Under the pieces are notes generated by a model. The model did no database searches and was not told the DNA's origin. It was given only the letters and a program-made list of their open reading frames with translations. Shown here piece by piece: positions 38,316-48,068 of a stretch of 64,000 nucleotides of DNA; position 1 is the stretch's first letter; every line of letters begins with the position of its first letter. The DNA comes from Trueperaceae bacterium. GTDB lineage: Bacteria; Deinococcota; Deinococci; Deinococcales; Trueperaceae. A program made the position numbers and the translations under genes. The stretch covers positions 1,952,001 through 2,016,000 of the forward strand of contig CBDCDZ010000004.1 of the NCBI GenBank assembly GCA_965215565.1, read 5' to 3'.

Positions 38316-40199
38316 TTAGTCCGAAGCCTCGAGCAGCTTAGGCGCTAAGTTGTAGGACTCGAGCACCCTGCGAATCCCTCTAGGACCATAACCATACTCT
38401 TCGTGTTGCGCTTTCGGATCGCCGTGCGGCACGTGTTCGTCGGGGATGCCCAGACGTATTAGCTCAACCTCTAAGCGCTCATCTTTGAGAAACTCCGCCA
38501 CCGCTGAGCCGAGCCCACCCGTGCGCACGTGGTCCTCGGCGGTGATGAGCACGTCCGCTTCTTGGGCGATCTCTCTAAGCATGGCTTCGTCAAAGGGTTT
38601 GACGAAGCGCGCGTTGATGACGCCCACATCAGGTAGGTCTTCGGCGGCTTGCCGCGCGTAGCCGAGCGTGGGGCCGAGCGCTAGGATGTAGGCTCTCTTG
38701 CCCTCTTCTAATTTTTCCCAACTACCCCAGGTAATGTCAGGCCATTCGTCCATCCCCACGTCTGGCGCGGCGGCGGTCTTGCCGCGCGGCCAGCGGATCG
38801 CTTTGGGACCGCCCAGCTTTAGGGCGGCTTTGAACATGGCGCGCATCTCGGCGGCGTCTTTAGGCATCGCGACGGACATGTTGGGGAGGGCGCGCAAGTA
38901 GGCGAGGTCGTAGACACCCTGGTGCGTCATACCGTCGCTGCCGACGAGCCCGGCGCGGTCGATGGCGAAAATCACGTCCAAGTTTTCTAAACACACGTCG
39001 TGGATAACCTGGTCGTAGCCGCGCTGCAAAAAGGTGCTGTAGATAGCAATGATAGGCTTTTCGCCGCGCAGCGCCAAACCCGCCGCCGTCGTGACACACA
39101 CGTCTTCGGCGATGCCTACGTCTAGATAGCGCGCCGGGTGCGCCTCACTGTAACGGTCCAAACCGCTGCCGATGCGCATGGCGGGCGTGAGCACCCAGAC
39201 GCGGTCGTCCTTATTCGCGAGTTCGGTGGCGGCGTCGCCAAAGGCGTTGCTCCAGCCGTACGCCTTGTCCGCCTTGACCGGGTTGACCGCGTCGAACTTG
39301 GGTGGACCGTGCCAGTACATCGGATCGGACTCGGCGATCTTATAGCCCTTGCCCTTTTTGGTGACGATGTGGAGCATGGTGGGACCGGGCAAGTTTTCGA
39401 CGTGTTCCAAGTAGTACAGAAGCTGATCGATGTCGTGACCGTCAATCGGACCGACGTAGCGCAGCCCCATCGCGTGAAAGGGGTTCGCGCTCGCGGGATC
39501 GAAAAAGCGGCGCGCGGACTTCTTGGCGCGGCTGCCGAACTCGGCTAAGGGTTGCCACACGCCGGAGAGCGCGCGCTTGCCCGTCTCCTCGGCGTTCTGG
39601 AACCACTCCTGCACCTGCAGGGTGCGCATAAAGCTATTGAGCGCCCCGACGTTCTCGCTGATCGACATCTCGTTGTCGTTCAAGATGATGGTCATCTTAG
39701 GTTTGACGTGCCCGATCTGGTTCAAGGCCGCTAACGCCTCGCCGCCCGTAAGCGCGCCGTCGCCGATGACTGCGAGCACGCTGTAGGGGTCTTTGCGTGC
39801 GTCGCGGGCGAGCGCCATGCCGAAGGCCGCGGCTAAACTCGTGCTGGCGTGACCGACGGTCAGCGCGTCGTGCGGTGACTCGGACGAGGTCGTGAAGCCC
39901 GCCAGACCGCCCGGTTTGCGAATCGTGTCGATGCGGTCTTTGCGCCCTGTGATGATCTTGTGCCCGTAAGTCTGATGCCCTACATCCCACACGATGCGGT
40001 CATGCGCGGTGTTGTAGAGGTGGTGGAGCGCGACAGTTAGCTCGACCGCGCCTAAGCTCGAGGCTAGATGCCCCCCGCCCAGCGCACACACCCGCACAAT
40101 CTCGCTACGCAGTTCGTCCGCGAGTTGGTGGAGTTCGCTGCGCCCGAGCGCTGTGACGTCGTCCGTGCTGTTGACGCGCTCAAGAACAGACACGAGCAT
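38316..40199 (-). CDS. dxs: 1-deoxy-D-xylulose-5-phosphate synthase
   Basis: GGHLASSLG, WDVGHQ, GDGALTGG, NDNEMSIS, DVGIAE, YSTFLQR, DRAG. Confidence 0.97.
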   Translation of the reverse strand: MLVSVLERVNSTDDVTALGRSELHQLADELRSEIVRVCALGGGHLASSLGAVELTVALHHLYNTAHDRIVWDVGHQTYGHKIITGRKDRIDTIRKPGGLAGFTTSSESPHDALTVGHASTSLAAAFGMALARDARKDPYSVLAVIGDGALTGGEALAALNQIGHVKPKMTIILNDNEMSISENVGALNSFMRTLQVQEWFQNAEETGKRALSGVWQPLAEFGSRAKKSARRFFDPASANPFHAMGLRYVGPIDGHDIDQLLYYLEHVENLPGPTMLHIVTKKGKGYKIAESDPMYWHGPPKFDAVNPVKADKAYGWSNAFGDAATELANKDDRVWVLTPAMRIGSGLDRYSEAHPARYLDVGIAEDVCVTTAAGLALRGEKPIIAIYSTFLQRGYDQVIHDVCLENLDVIFAIDRAGLVGSDGMTHQGVYDLAYLRALPNMSVAMPKDAAEMRAMFKAALKLGGPKAIRWPRGKTAAAPDVGMDEWPDITWGSWEKLEEGKRAYILALGPTLGYARQAAEDLPDVGVINARFVKPFDEAMLREIAQEADVLITAEDHVRTGGLGSAVAEFLKDERLEVELIRLGIPDEHVPHGDPKAQHEEYGYGPRGIRRVLESYNLAPKLLEASD

Positions 40200-40504
40200 T
40201 CCAACAAGAGAACCGAAAGGAATTAGTGACATTATAGTGCATACGTCATCCTATCAGGGAGGCGCGCCCTAGCTATGTGTGGCGACCTCCGGTTGAGGCT
40301 AAATGAGCCGTCTTCGCGTTGAAGACTTTAGCCGTCTTGTACGGCGGCACTTGCGCAGTGATACGGACTCGGGGGCGAACCTCTTACGAGCGAATACCGA
40401 CGTAACCGACGTAGTTGAGCACCCGGTAGGAGAAAGCTTAGGTGAGAATTCCTCTACCTTCTCTATCCCGCCAATCCCTTTGTAGAGGGCTCGAGGCCCA
40501 GCGC

Positions 40505-41206
40505 CTAACGCGCCTGTGCGAGTTGAAAGTTCGCGTCCGTCAGGACGAAACCGAGTTCGGTGCGCACCTCACCGACGAAGGGCGCGAACCAGATTTCTTG
40601 GCGCACGGTCTCGCTGTCTGTAGAACCCGCCGCGCCGCTAAGCTGGCTCTCCAAGTTGATCACGAAGACGTTGAAGGTGCCCGCCTCTACCCGGACTTGT
40701 CGCCTATCCACCACCGAATAGGTATAGGTGAAGCGCAAGGTTTCGCGCTGGCTCTCGGGCGGCGCGTCGGGGTAGTAAATGCTGGCGCTCGACTCGCCGC
40801 CCCAGCTCGCGCCGACGCGGAGCGCGTTTTGCGCGGGCAGTTCTTGCAAGGGCGGGTCAAAGGTGAGCTGTGTGCCGGGGCGCACCTCGCGCAGCACGAA
40901 GACCCCCTCGGCGCGGTACTGCTTAAAGGAGCGCACGTTGAGACCGCGCCCGACCAGACGCCAAGCGATCCAACGTTCACCACCGATGAGCGTTGGACCT
41001 TCGACTTGCTGAAACGCGGGCACGGCGTCTAGCGAGCTACCAGCGGGCAGATACGTCCAGGTTGCGCCGGTCTCTTGCGGATAAAAGGAGGGCGCGTTGG
41101 CGAGTTGCGCCACCTCGACGCGCCCTACCTCGGGCGCGGGCGCGCACGCGCTGAGGAGCAGGGCGCTCAGTAGATAAAAAGCGAGCAGGGGGTAAAAGCG
41201 TGTCAT
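40505..41206 (-). CDS. Hypothetical lipoprotein
   Basis: Lipobox LSAC; V.VEAGTFNVF and WFAPFVGEV. Confidence 0.8.
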   Translation of the reverse strand: MTRFYPLLAFYLLSALLLSACAPAPEVGRVEVAQLANAPSFYPQETGATWTYLPAGSSLDAVPAFQQVEGPTLIGGERWIAWRLVGRGLNVRSFKQYRAEGVFVLREVRPGTQLTFDPPLQELPAQNALRVGASWGGESSASIYYPDAPPESQRETLRFTYTYSVVDRRQVRVEAGTFNVFVINLESQLSGAAGSTDSETVRQEIWFAPFVGEVRTELGFVLTDANFQLAQAR

Positions 41207-41258
41207 GGTTTCAATGTACCGTGACCTATTTAAGGTGCATTGAAGAATTTCACATTGA

Positions 41259-41374
41259 TAGCAGGTATCATCTGGTCTGAAACACTCTCACTGTAGAGAA
41301 CATTGATGCGCACCCACTCTCGGAGATGAAGTTCCGCTAGTCCTTGCGGACAGAGACCTGCGCTCATCCATCTC
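41259..41374 (-). repeat. Dispersed MITE-like repeat, copy 6
   Basis: 81-bp core TAGCAGGTATCATCTGG...AGATGAAGTTCCGCTA (41259-41339) plus extension to CCATCTC. Confidence 0.85.
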
Positions 41375-41576
41375 AACACGTTGTGGAACCGCTGAAGGTC
41401 AATGGAGACAAGATTTGCGGAGATAGCGTGAGTTGTTAGCAGAAGGTAGTCAGAATTCGGCAGTCGGTAGAAACGCCGGATTCTAACTACTGGCAACCCC
41501 ACACTACCGCCACTTTCTCTAGCGCTTTTTTTCACACCTCACCGCGCAGCCGCTTCAGGGTGATAGCATGGCGTCT

Positions 41577-42338
41577 ATGCGCACCCTCGTCCTCAGCGAT
41601 ATCCACGCCAACATCGTCGCTTTTGAAGCGGTGCTGCGCCACGCTTCTACGCGCCGCTGGGACGACGCTATCTTTTTGGGCGACATCGTCGGCTACTACC
41701 CCGCACCCGAGCAGAGCGTGTCACTGCTTCGCGACTTGAACCCCAAGGTGACGATTCTCGGCAACCACGACGCGATGCTCTTGAGCGACGTAGGCGAGCG
41801 CGGCGAGAGCCATTTCCGCTCGCGCAGCCTCGTCGCGGAGGTAGTGAGTAAGCACGCGCAAGCCCTTTCGGAAGAGAGCGTCGCGTACATCAATTCTTTT
41901 CAAGACCACGTTTTATCCGAACATTGGGAAGCCACGCACGGCTCCCTGACGGAGCAGTGGGCGTACCTCTCGAATTTGCCCAAAGCGCAGAAGAACTTCC
42001 CTAAGATGCAGCGCGACCTCCTGCTGTTCGGTCACACGCACGTGCCCGTCGCCTACGTCTGCGTAAAGGTGGGCGGCAAGGAGATGTGGCGCGCGGTGCC
42101 CTTTCGCAACGAGGGGTCGGTTTACCGGATACCCCCCAACGCCCAGGTGCTCTTCAACCCCGGCTCCGTCGGACAGCCGCGCGACGGCGTGCCCTTGGCG
42201 AGCTACGCGGTTTTGGACAGCGAGGCGAGGACCTTGGAGGTATTCCGGGTGGATTTCGACATCATCAAGGTGCAGCGGCAAGTGCGCGAGGCGGGCTATG
42301 ACGAGCGGTTGGGAACGAGGCTCGAGCTAGGTCACTAA
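41577..42338 (+). CDS. Metallophosphoesterase (calcineurin-like, YfcE-type)
   Basis: SDIHAN, GDIVGY, GNHD, HGS, GHTH, NPGSVGQPRDG. Confidence 0.92.
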   Translation: MRTLVLSDIHANIVAFEAVLRHASTRRWDDAIFLGDIVGYYPAPEQSVSLLRDLNPKVTILGNHDAMLLSDVGERGESHFRSRSLVAEVVSKHAQALSEESVAYINSFQDHVLSEHWEATHGSLTEQWAYLSNLPKAQKNFPKMQRDLLLFGHTHVPVAYVCVKVGGKEMWRAVPFRNEGSVYRIPPNAQVLFNPGSVGQPRDGVPLASYAVLDSEARTLEVFRVDFDIIKVQRQVREAGYDERLGTRLELGH

Positions 42339-42463
42339 GCAGGTAGCATCTGGTTAAGCTAGCAGGTAGCATCTGGTTAAGCTAGCAGGTAGCATCTGGT
42401 TAAGCTAGCAGGTAGCATCTGGTCGTAAAGTTAGCAGGTAACATCTGGTTAAAGTTAGCAGGT
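42338..42463. repeat. 23-bp tandem repeat array (5 units plus a partial) derived from the MITE terminus
   Basis: AGCAGGTAGCATCTGGTTAAGCT at 42338, 42361 and 42384; variants at 42407 and 42433; partial at 42457. Confidence 0.92.
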
Positions 42464-42587
42464 CCAGCGGGAGCGTTTGCTTCACAAAACTTCGTAACCA
42501 CGCGACTGCACCGGGTCCTAGACGCTCTCACTGCGGAAAGCATGACTCAAAGCACGCGCCGAAGCTATATCCGCGTGACACCATCTC
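42456..42587 (-). repeat. Dispersed MITE-like repeat, long copy 7
   Basis: Reverse complement reads GAGATGGTGTCACGCGG...GTGAGAGCGTCTAGGACCCGGTGCAGTCGCGTGGT...GCTCCCGCTGGACCTGCTA. Confidence 0.75.
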
Positions 42588-42627
42588 AACAACGTTCAAG
42601 AGGTCAATCATACGAGTAGGCAGCGAA

Positions 42628-43545
42628 ACGACAAACACCCTCAGCTTCCTCGGTCACGGTGCGGCGAAAGAGGTCCTGCGCCGCTTGGACACCCACACGC
42701 TCCTCTTCGTCGGTCCGCCGAGCGTCGGGCGGCGGCGCGTCGCGAGGTGGTACGCCGCGCTCTTGAACTGTGAGCATAGAGGCGACGAGCCGTGCGGACA
42801 CTGCCCTAGCTGCCGCCTCTTTGAGAGTGGTCACCCCGACTACCGCGAAATCGCGCCCGAGACGACGACGAAAACAGGCAAGCGGAGCCGGAACGTGCAG
42901 TTCCGCATCGACGACCTCGTCAAGCGAGAGGGCGGCAACCCCAACCCGCTCGGACCCTGGTTGGAGACCCGCCCCCGCTTCCGGCGGCGTGTCGGCGTCA
43001 TCGACCGCGCCGAGACGCTCAACCCGCAAGCCGCCAACGCCTTTCTGAAGTTTTTAGAGGAGCCGCCCTCATACGCCGTGATCATCCTGATCGCGCCGAG
43101 TCCACAAGCGGTCTTACCGACCATCGCGTCGCGCAGCACGCCCGTGCGCTTCGGGACGGTGGACGTCTCTTCGCTAGAATCACCGACGCCGCACCCGGCA
43201 GCGAGGCTCGGACGCGCGGGTGACCTCTTGAGCGCAGCCGAGCACCCCGACGAGTTCGCGACGCTCGTCGAGCTTATCAATAGCTACGTTTTGGCGTTGG
43301 AGAAAGGGTTAGAGGAAGCGCTCGAGAAAGCCGACGCTTTAGAAAAAGCCTGGTCTGGCGAGACACGCTTTAGCGTCCCCGAACTGCTCCGCGCTCGCCT
43401 GAGTGACCTCTCGCCAGGCGCTTACGCCTCCTCGCTCATCGCCCTGGAGCGGTGCGAAAATGCGCTCGCCTCATACGCTTCGCCGGGGTTAGCGGTGCAG
43501 GTGCTGACGCTCGAGTTGCGAGAGGTCGTCCGCAACAAGCGCTGA
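42628..43545 (+). CDS. holB: DNA polymerase III subunit delta' (start codon atypical)
   Basis: FLGH, LLFVGPPSVGR, C..PCGHCPSC, HPD, AANAFLKFLEEPP, LPTIASR. First canonical start is TTG 42685; likely true start is ACG 42628. Confidence 0.88.
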   Translation, partial: TTNTLSFLGHGAAKEVLRRLDTHTLLFVGPPSVGRRRVARWYAALLNCEHRGDEPCGHCPSCRLFESGHPDYREIAPETTTKTGKRSRNVQFRIDDLVKREGGNPNPLGPWLETRPRFRRRVGVIDRAETLNPQAANAFLKFLEEPPSYAVIILIAPSPQAVLPTIASRSTPVRFGTVDVSSLESPTPHPAARLGRAGDLLSAAEHPDEFATLVELINSYVLALEKGLEEALEKADALEKAWSGETRFSVPELLRARLSDLSPGAYASSLIALERCENALASYASPGLAVQVLTLELREVVRNKR

Positions 43546-43546
43546 G

Positions 43547-43942
43547 ATGAAGAGGTTTAGCGGATTGATTTTCTCTGGTAGCCCTGAACGCTACATAAAG
43601 CAGGATGATTTTTTAGTGCGTATCCCAGAGGGGTTGAACAAACGCGCTTTGCTGAACTATCTCTCCAAAGCGCTTGATTTTCCGAGCTACTTCGGAGAGA
43701 ATTGGGACGCGCTTTATGACTGCCTCAGTTCTATGCCCCTCAGTTCTACATTTTGGATAGCGGAATTACGGGTCGTTTTGATTCACGAAGCATTTCCCGA
43801 TTTGGATGACGCGAATCTAAACGTCTACCTAAGTATTTTGAACGATGTTACAGAGTTGAAAAAACAGCATACCCATTCAAGACTTGTCGCTATTTTTCCT
43901 CACTTTAAGAAGCGAGAGGGCGAAGTTAAAGAAACCCGTTGA
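43547..43942 (+). CDS. Barstar-family ribonuclease inhibitor
   Basis: LDFPSYFGENWDALYDCL motif; lower GC. Confidence 0.85.
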   Translation: MKRFSGLIFSGSPERYIKQDDFLVRIPEGLNKRALLNYLSKALDFPSYFGENWDALYDCLSSMPLSSTFWIAELRVVLIHEAFPDLDDANLNVYLSILNDVTELKKQHTHSRLVAIFPHFKKREGEVKETR

Positions 43943-44001
43943 GCTTCCCTCTCATCTTCGGTATCCTCTTCTCTTGTGAATGAAGGAGGCTCAGCATTAG
44001 C

Positions 44002-45237
44002 GTGAACAATATTGTAGTCCAAAAATACGGCGGCACCTCGGTGGGCGACGTCGAACGAATTGGCAAGGTGGCGGCTCGAGTCGCGAGGGCGGTGAACGAG
44101 GGGCATAAGGTCGCTGTAACGGTCTCGGCGATGGGGCGCACCACGGACCGCCTCGTGTCGCTAGCGAAAGAGGTTACGCCCCGCCCGAGCCGCCGCGAGT
44201 TGGACGTTTTGATGGCGACGGGCGAGCAGCAGTCTACGGCGCTCCTCAGTATGGCGCTGCACAAGTTGGGCGTCAGGGCGCGCTCGTTTACGGGGCAGCA
44301 AGCAGGCTTCTTGACGGACGAGTTCAGCGGCGGGGCGCGCATCATCGAGGTGAACCCGGCGCGGATTTTGGACGCCTTCGAGACGGACGACGTCGCGGTC
44401 ATCGCGGGCTTTCAAGGGGTGGACGCGGCGCTCAACATCACCACGCTCGGGCGGGGCGGCTCGGATACGACGGCGGTCGCTGTCGCCGCCGCTCTGGGGG
44501 CGGACACCTGCGACATCTATACCGACACCGAAGGCGTCTACACGACGGACCCGCATCTCGTCCCGAGCGCAAAGAAGTTAGACATCATCGACTACGAAGA
44601 GATGTTGGAACTCGCCTCGCTGGGCGCTCAGGTCTTACACCCGAGGAGCGTTTGGTACGCGCGGCGCTACGGCGTGCGCGTGCACGTGCGCTCGTCCTTT
44701 TCGTATAACCCCGGCACCATCGTCACTCATCTAGGCGTCACCGAAGGGGAGAACCGCATGAAAACCGACAAACCCGTCACGGGCGTCGCCTTGGACCGCT
44801 CCCACGCCCGCATTTACCTCGCGGGCGTCGAGGACGCGCCCGGCGTCGCGGCGAAGGTCTTTAGCGCCTTGGGCGAAGCGAACATCAGTGTGGATATGAT
44901 TATCCAAGGCGTGCCGGGCGACGGCAGCCGCCAGCAGATGGCGTTCACGCTCAACCAGGATGCCGTCGCAGACGCTTTAGAGGTGGTCAAACCTATTTTG
45001 GCGGAGGTGGGCGGCACCGCTCAGGCGGACCCCGACATCGCCAAGCTCTCCATCGTCGGGGTAGCAGTCGGCTCGACGCCGGGCGTCGCGGGGCGGATGT
45101 TCGCCGCCATCGCCGAGACGGGCACAAACATCGAGATGATCGCGACGAGCGAGGTGCGCGTGTCGGTGGTGCTGCGCGCTGAGCGCGCGGAGGAGGCGCT
45201 CAGAGCCGTTCACAAGGCGTTCGATCTAGAAAGGTAG
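44002..45237 (+). CDS. lysC: Aspartate kinase (alpha/beta type, two ACT domains)
   Basis: VQKYGGTSV, TTLGRGGSDTTA, EEMLELA; possible internal beta-subunit start at ATG 44758. Confidence 0.95.
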   Translation: MNNIVVQKYGGTSVGDVERIGKVAARVARAVNEGHKVAVTVSAMGRTTDRLVSLAKEVTPRPSRRELDVLMATGEQQSTALLSMALHKLGVRARSFTGQQAGFLTDEFSGGARIIEVNPARILDAFETDDVAVIAGFQGVDAALNITTLGRGGSDTTAVAVAAALGADTCDIYTDTEGVYTTDPHLVPSAKKLDIIDYEEMLELASLGAQVLHPRSVWYARRYGVRVHVRSSFSYNPGTIVTHLGVTEGENRMKTDKPVTGVALDRSHARIYLAGVEDAPGVAAKVFSALGEANISVDMIIQGVPGDGSRQQMAFTLNQDAVADALEVVKPILAEVGGTAQADPDIAKLSIVGVAVGSTPGVAGRMFAAIAETGTNIEMIATSEVRVSVVLRAERAEEALRAVHKAFDLER

Positions 45238-45357
45238 TGAAAAACACATTTTAATGAGGAGGACATTGTACGGCTCGTCATAGTGCGAGGCAGTAGCGTG
45301 GGTCATCCTCGAGTCGGAAAGTGGAAAAATTCACACAAAGTTCAGATTGGAGCATTT

Positions 45358-46392
45358 ATGAAGCGCATGGTATTACCTCTTTCACTCGCTCTGGGCGTGC
45401 TGCTCGCAGCTTGCGGCGTGACCGGCACGGAGACGGTCTCGCAAAGCTACGACCTCGGCTCGCAAGCCTATTTAGACGTGGCTGAAGACGCCGAAGTGAC
45501 CTTTGAAGAACTCGAGGACGGCACCACGGAAGTCACCGTTGACTTCAGCGGCGAAATCGGCAGCGCGTTCGACTCGCACCCCGCACACATCCACGCGGGC
45601 GAGGCGGGTAGCAGCGGCGCGATCGTGATTACACTCGAGCCCGTAGACGACACCACAGGTTTGAGCACTACCACCGTGACCAAATTCGACGACACCGAAG
45701 AGGAAGACGGTTCGACGACGACGGGTGCGGACGTGACCTACGAAGAACTCATCGCCTACGACGGCTACGTCAACGTCCACCTGAGCGCAGAGAACCTCGA
45801 CGTCGTCTTCGCTTCGGCGAACATCGGCGCGAATGAAGATGTTGCGTTGCCCGAAGTTCCCTCCATCGTAGAATTTGTGACGAGTCAAGCGGAAGCCGAG
45901 GCGGAAATTGACCAGGAGTTCACTATCCTCTTGGAAGCGTTAAGCATCGCTGAAGTCGATAATGCCGCTATTGCCGCGCTCACCGCGCAACTCGCGGATG
46001 ACGCTGCAGGTCCGTTTACCGTCCTCGCCCCCACGGACGACGCATTTGAGGCGTTCATCGCAGATAGTCCAGGTATTGAAAACAGGGGGGACTTATTAAT
46101 CTCAGACGCTTTGGCGAGCATCCTCAGCTATCACGTCCTCTCCGGCGCAACGGTTCGCACTGAGGTCGTCGCGGCAGCGAGCGCTGAGGGCGGTACAGAG
46201 TTGGAAACGCTGCAAGGGAGCAACCTCACCGTTTCAGCCAACGCCGAAGGCGCTATCCTTATCAACGACACAGTTGCTATCTCCGGGAGCGAAGAAGAGG
46301 TCATGGAAGCGACCAACACTGCCGCTTCAAATGGCGTGATTCACGAGATCGAAACGGTTTTGACCCCGCCTGCTCCTGCTGCAGACCAATAA
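45358..46392 (+). CDS. Acidic lipoprotein, CHRD-like + fasciclin (FAS1) domains
   Basis: Lipobox LAAC; HPAHIHAG...YVNVH (CHRD); FTVLAPTDDAF...ILSYHV...SNGVIHEIETVL (FAS1). Confidence 0.85.
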   Translation: MKRMVLPLSLALGVLLAACGVTGTETVSQSYDLGSQAYLDVAEDAEVTFEELEDGTTEVTVDFSGEIGSAFDSHPAHIHAGEAGSSGAIVITLEPVDDTTGLSTTTVTKFDDTEEEDGSTTTGADVTYEELIAYDGYVNVHLSAENLDVVFASANIGANEDVALPEVPSIVEFVTSQAEAEAEIDQEFTILLEALSIAEVDNAAIAALTAQLADDAAGPFTVLAPTDDAFEAFIADSPGIENRGDLLISDALASILSYHVLSGATVRTEVVAAASAEGGTELETLQGSNLTVSANAEGAILINDTVAISGSEEEVMEATNTAASNGVIHEIETVLTPPAPAADQ

Positions 46393-46410
46393 GTACGCTT
46401 TAGACGACTC

Positions 46411-46440
46411 GAGGGCGACCTGAATTCAGGTCGCCCTCTT
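46411..46440 (+). terminator. Palindromic terminator
   Basis: GAGGGCGACCTGAATTCAGGTCGCCCTC, a perfect palindrome. Confidence 0.7.
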
Positions 46441-46516
46441 CGTTGGGATAGCTCCTCATTTTTATTACTTCTCTATGGGGTTCAATAGAGTGAGCGTAAA
46501 TTTTAGGAGCATAGTG

Positions 46517-47362
46517 ATGAGAAAATGGTTGTTTTTGGCGAGTTTGAGTGTTCTTTTGGCAGCGTGCGGCACGACAGGCACGCCAGAAGAGGAGGAAACG
46601 CCCGAGGAGATCGTCGCGGGCGACAGCGTCGTCGGCGTGGCAGCAGAGGCAGGGTTGAGCGCGTTCGTGGAGGCGCTGCAAGAGGCGTCTTTGGACGACG
46701 ACTTCGCGAGCGGCGGACCCTACACGCTCTTCGCGCCGACGAACGCAGCATTTAGCGCGGCGGACGGCGCGGCGGAGGATTTGCTCGAGTACCACGTCAT
46801 CGAAGGAAGCTACACCCTAGACGAACTGACGAGCGGCTCGTATGAGACGGTGAGCGGCGTGGCCTTAGAAGTGACCGTTCAAGGGGACAGCGTGAGCTTA
46901 AATGGCGGCGAGGCGAGCGTCGTCACGCCGAACGATCTGGAGGCGTCAAACGGCGTCGTTCACGCACTGGGCGGCGTGCTGACCCCACCCGAGCCGGAGG
47001 AGGAACCTGAACCCGAGGAGCCTACCGACACGCTCTACACGGCAACCCTCGTTCCGGCGGCCGATGAGGTCGAAGGGGCAGGCGAGGCGACAGCGACACT
47101 AGATGGCACCACCTTGGACGTCGCGGGTAGCGTCCAAAGCTTGAGTGGTCCCGTGACGCAAGTCGCACTTTACGAGGGCGGCGGCGACGACACGGGGACG
47201 CTTCTTTATGAACTCGAGGCGAGCGGCACAACCTTTAGCGGCAGCCCCACCCTGACGCAAGAAGAGGTGGAAATTCTCGAGGCGGGGGACTTCTACGTCA
47301 CCGTCTCGACGGAAACCTACCCGGAGGGTGAGGTCAGCGGACCGCTCCTCCCTGAAGATTAG
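46517..47362 (+). CDS. Acidic lipoprotein, fasciclin + CHRD domains
   Basis: Lipobox LAAC; YTLFAPTNAAF...LLEYHV...SNGVVH; C-terminal GDFYVTVSTETYPEGEVSG. Confidence 0.85.
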   Translation: MRKWLFLASLSVLLAACGTTGTPEEEETPEEIVAGDSVVGVAAEAGLSAFVEALQEASLDDDFASGGPYTLFAPTNAAFSAADGAAEDLLEYHVIEGSYTLDELTSGSYETVSGVALEVTVQGDSVSLNGGEASVVTPNDLEASNGVVHALGGVLTPPEPEEEPEPEEPTDTLYTATLVPAADEVEGAGEATATLDGTTLDVAGSVQSLSGPVTQVALYEGGGDDTGTLLYELEASGTTFSGSPTLTQEEVEILEAGDFYVTVSTETYPEGEVSGPLLPED

Positions 47363-47904
47363 GGTATGAGTTCCTGCCAGGCGATCGCGGTAGCACCTTT
47401 TACAGACACCGCGCCGCGCACGAGGACGTGTGGCGTGTGCGCGAACCAACCTCCTCTACGCCCGGCTTTGTGAAGTTGGGCGTACCACTTTTTAGCCGCG
47501 TCGCTCAGCGCCGCGACCTCTTGATAAGTCGTGGGCTCGAGCCACCTCACGTGCGCTTCCGATATATCCTCACCGACTCGCCCAGGCTGGTAGATAACAG
47601 CGGGCAGGTGAGAGGCAGCTTCCACCGGGAGCTGATACCAGTTCACCTCCGGCAGCGTCACCCCTAACGTTTGCCACGCCTCGTAGACGAGGTGCGGATG
47701 CAGCGGCGAGAAGTTCAGCACCTCTTGGCGCAAACAGTTGAGCTTAGGAATACGCTGATACGGGATGCGCTTGCGGCTCGGATGATCGCTGTATTTAGCG
47801 ATTTGCTGCTGATAGAGTTCGGGCGCAAAGGTTTCCAATGCGCCGAGCGGGTAGAGGGTTTCTCCTGTCATGTTCTGCGGGACTTGATGGTAGATGCACG
47901 CCAC
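47359..47904 (-). CDS. Hypothetical protein
   Basis: RBS GAGGAGG before GTG 47904; YHQVPQNMTG.TLYPL...FSPLHP...PHVL. Confidence 0.7.
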   Translation of the reverse strand: MACIYHQVPQNMTGETLYPLGALETFAPELYQQQIAKYSDHPSRKRIPYQRIPKLNCLRQEVLNFSPLHPHLVYEAWQTLGVTLPEVNWYQLPVEAASHLPAVIYQPGRVGEDISEAHVRWLEPTTYQEVAALSDAAKKWYAQLHKAGRRGGWFAHTPHVLVRGAVSVKGATAIAWQELIP

Positions 47905-48068
47905 GCTTGACCTCCTCGTCCAATCAAGAACCCTAAGCGTAGGCGCTCGAGCGGTCAGCTTCAGCGTCCAAGGCTCTGGTGATTGGGGTGCGAAAGGGCT
48001 ATACTTTAGACACCTTGATGAACGAGCTAACCTATACGGAATCTCGATGAGCCGAGCGGACACCTTTA

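Noticed and set aside
40442..41032. 196-aa plus-strand ORF and many similar short overlapping ORFs in the track
   Set aside because: Antisense or alternate-frame shadows of better-supported genes in high-GC DNA.
41230..41535. ORFs sharing the peptide (D/N)QMIPAI (also at 57146-57427 and the 5' extension of 47359-48129)
   Set aside because: These are translations of the dispersed DNA repeat, not a protein family.
42338..42463. CRISPR array
   Set aside because: The 23-bp units are directly adjacent with no unique spacers, and there are no cas genes in the window.
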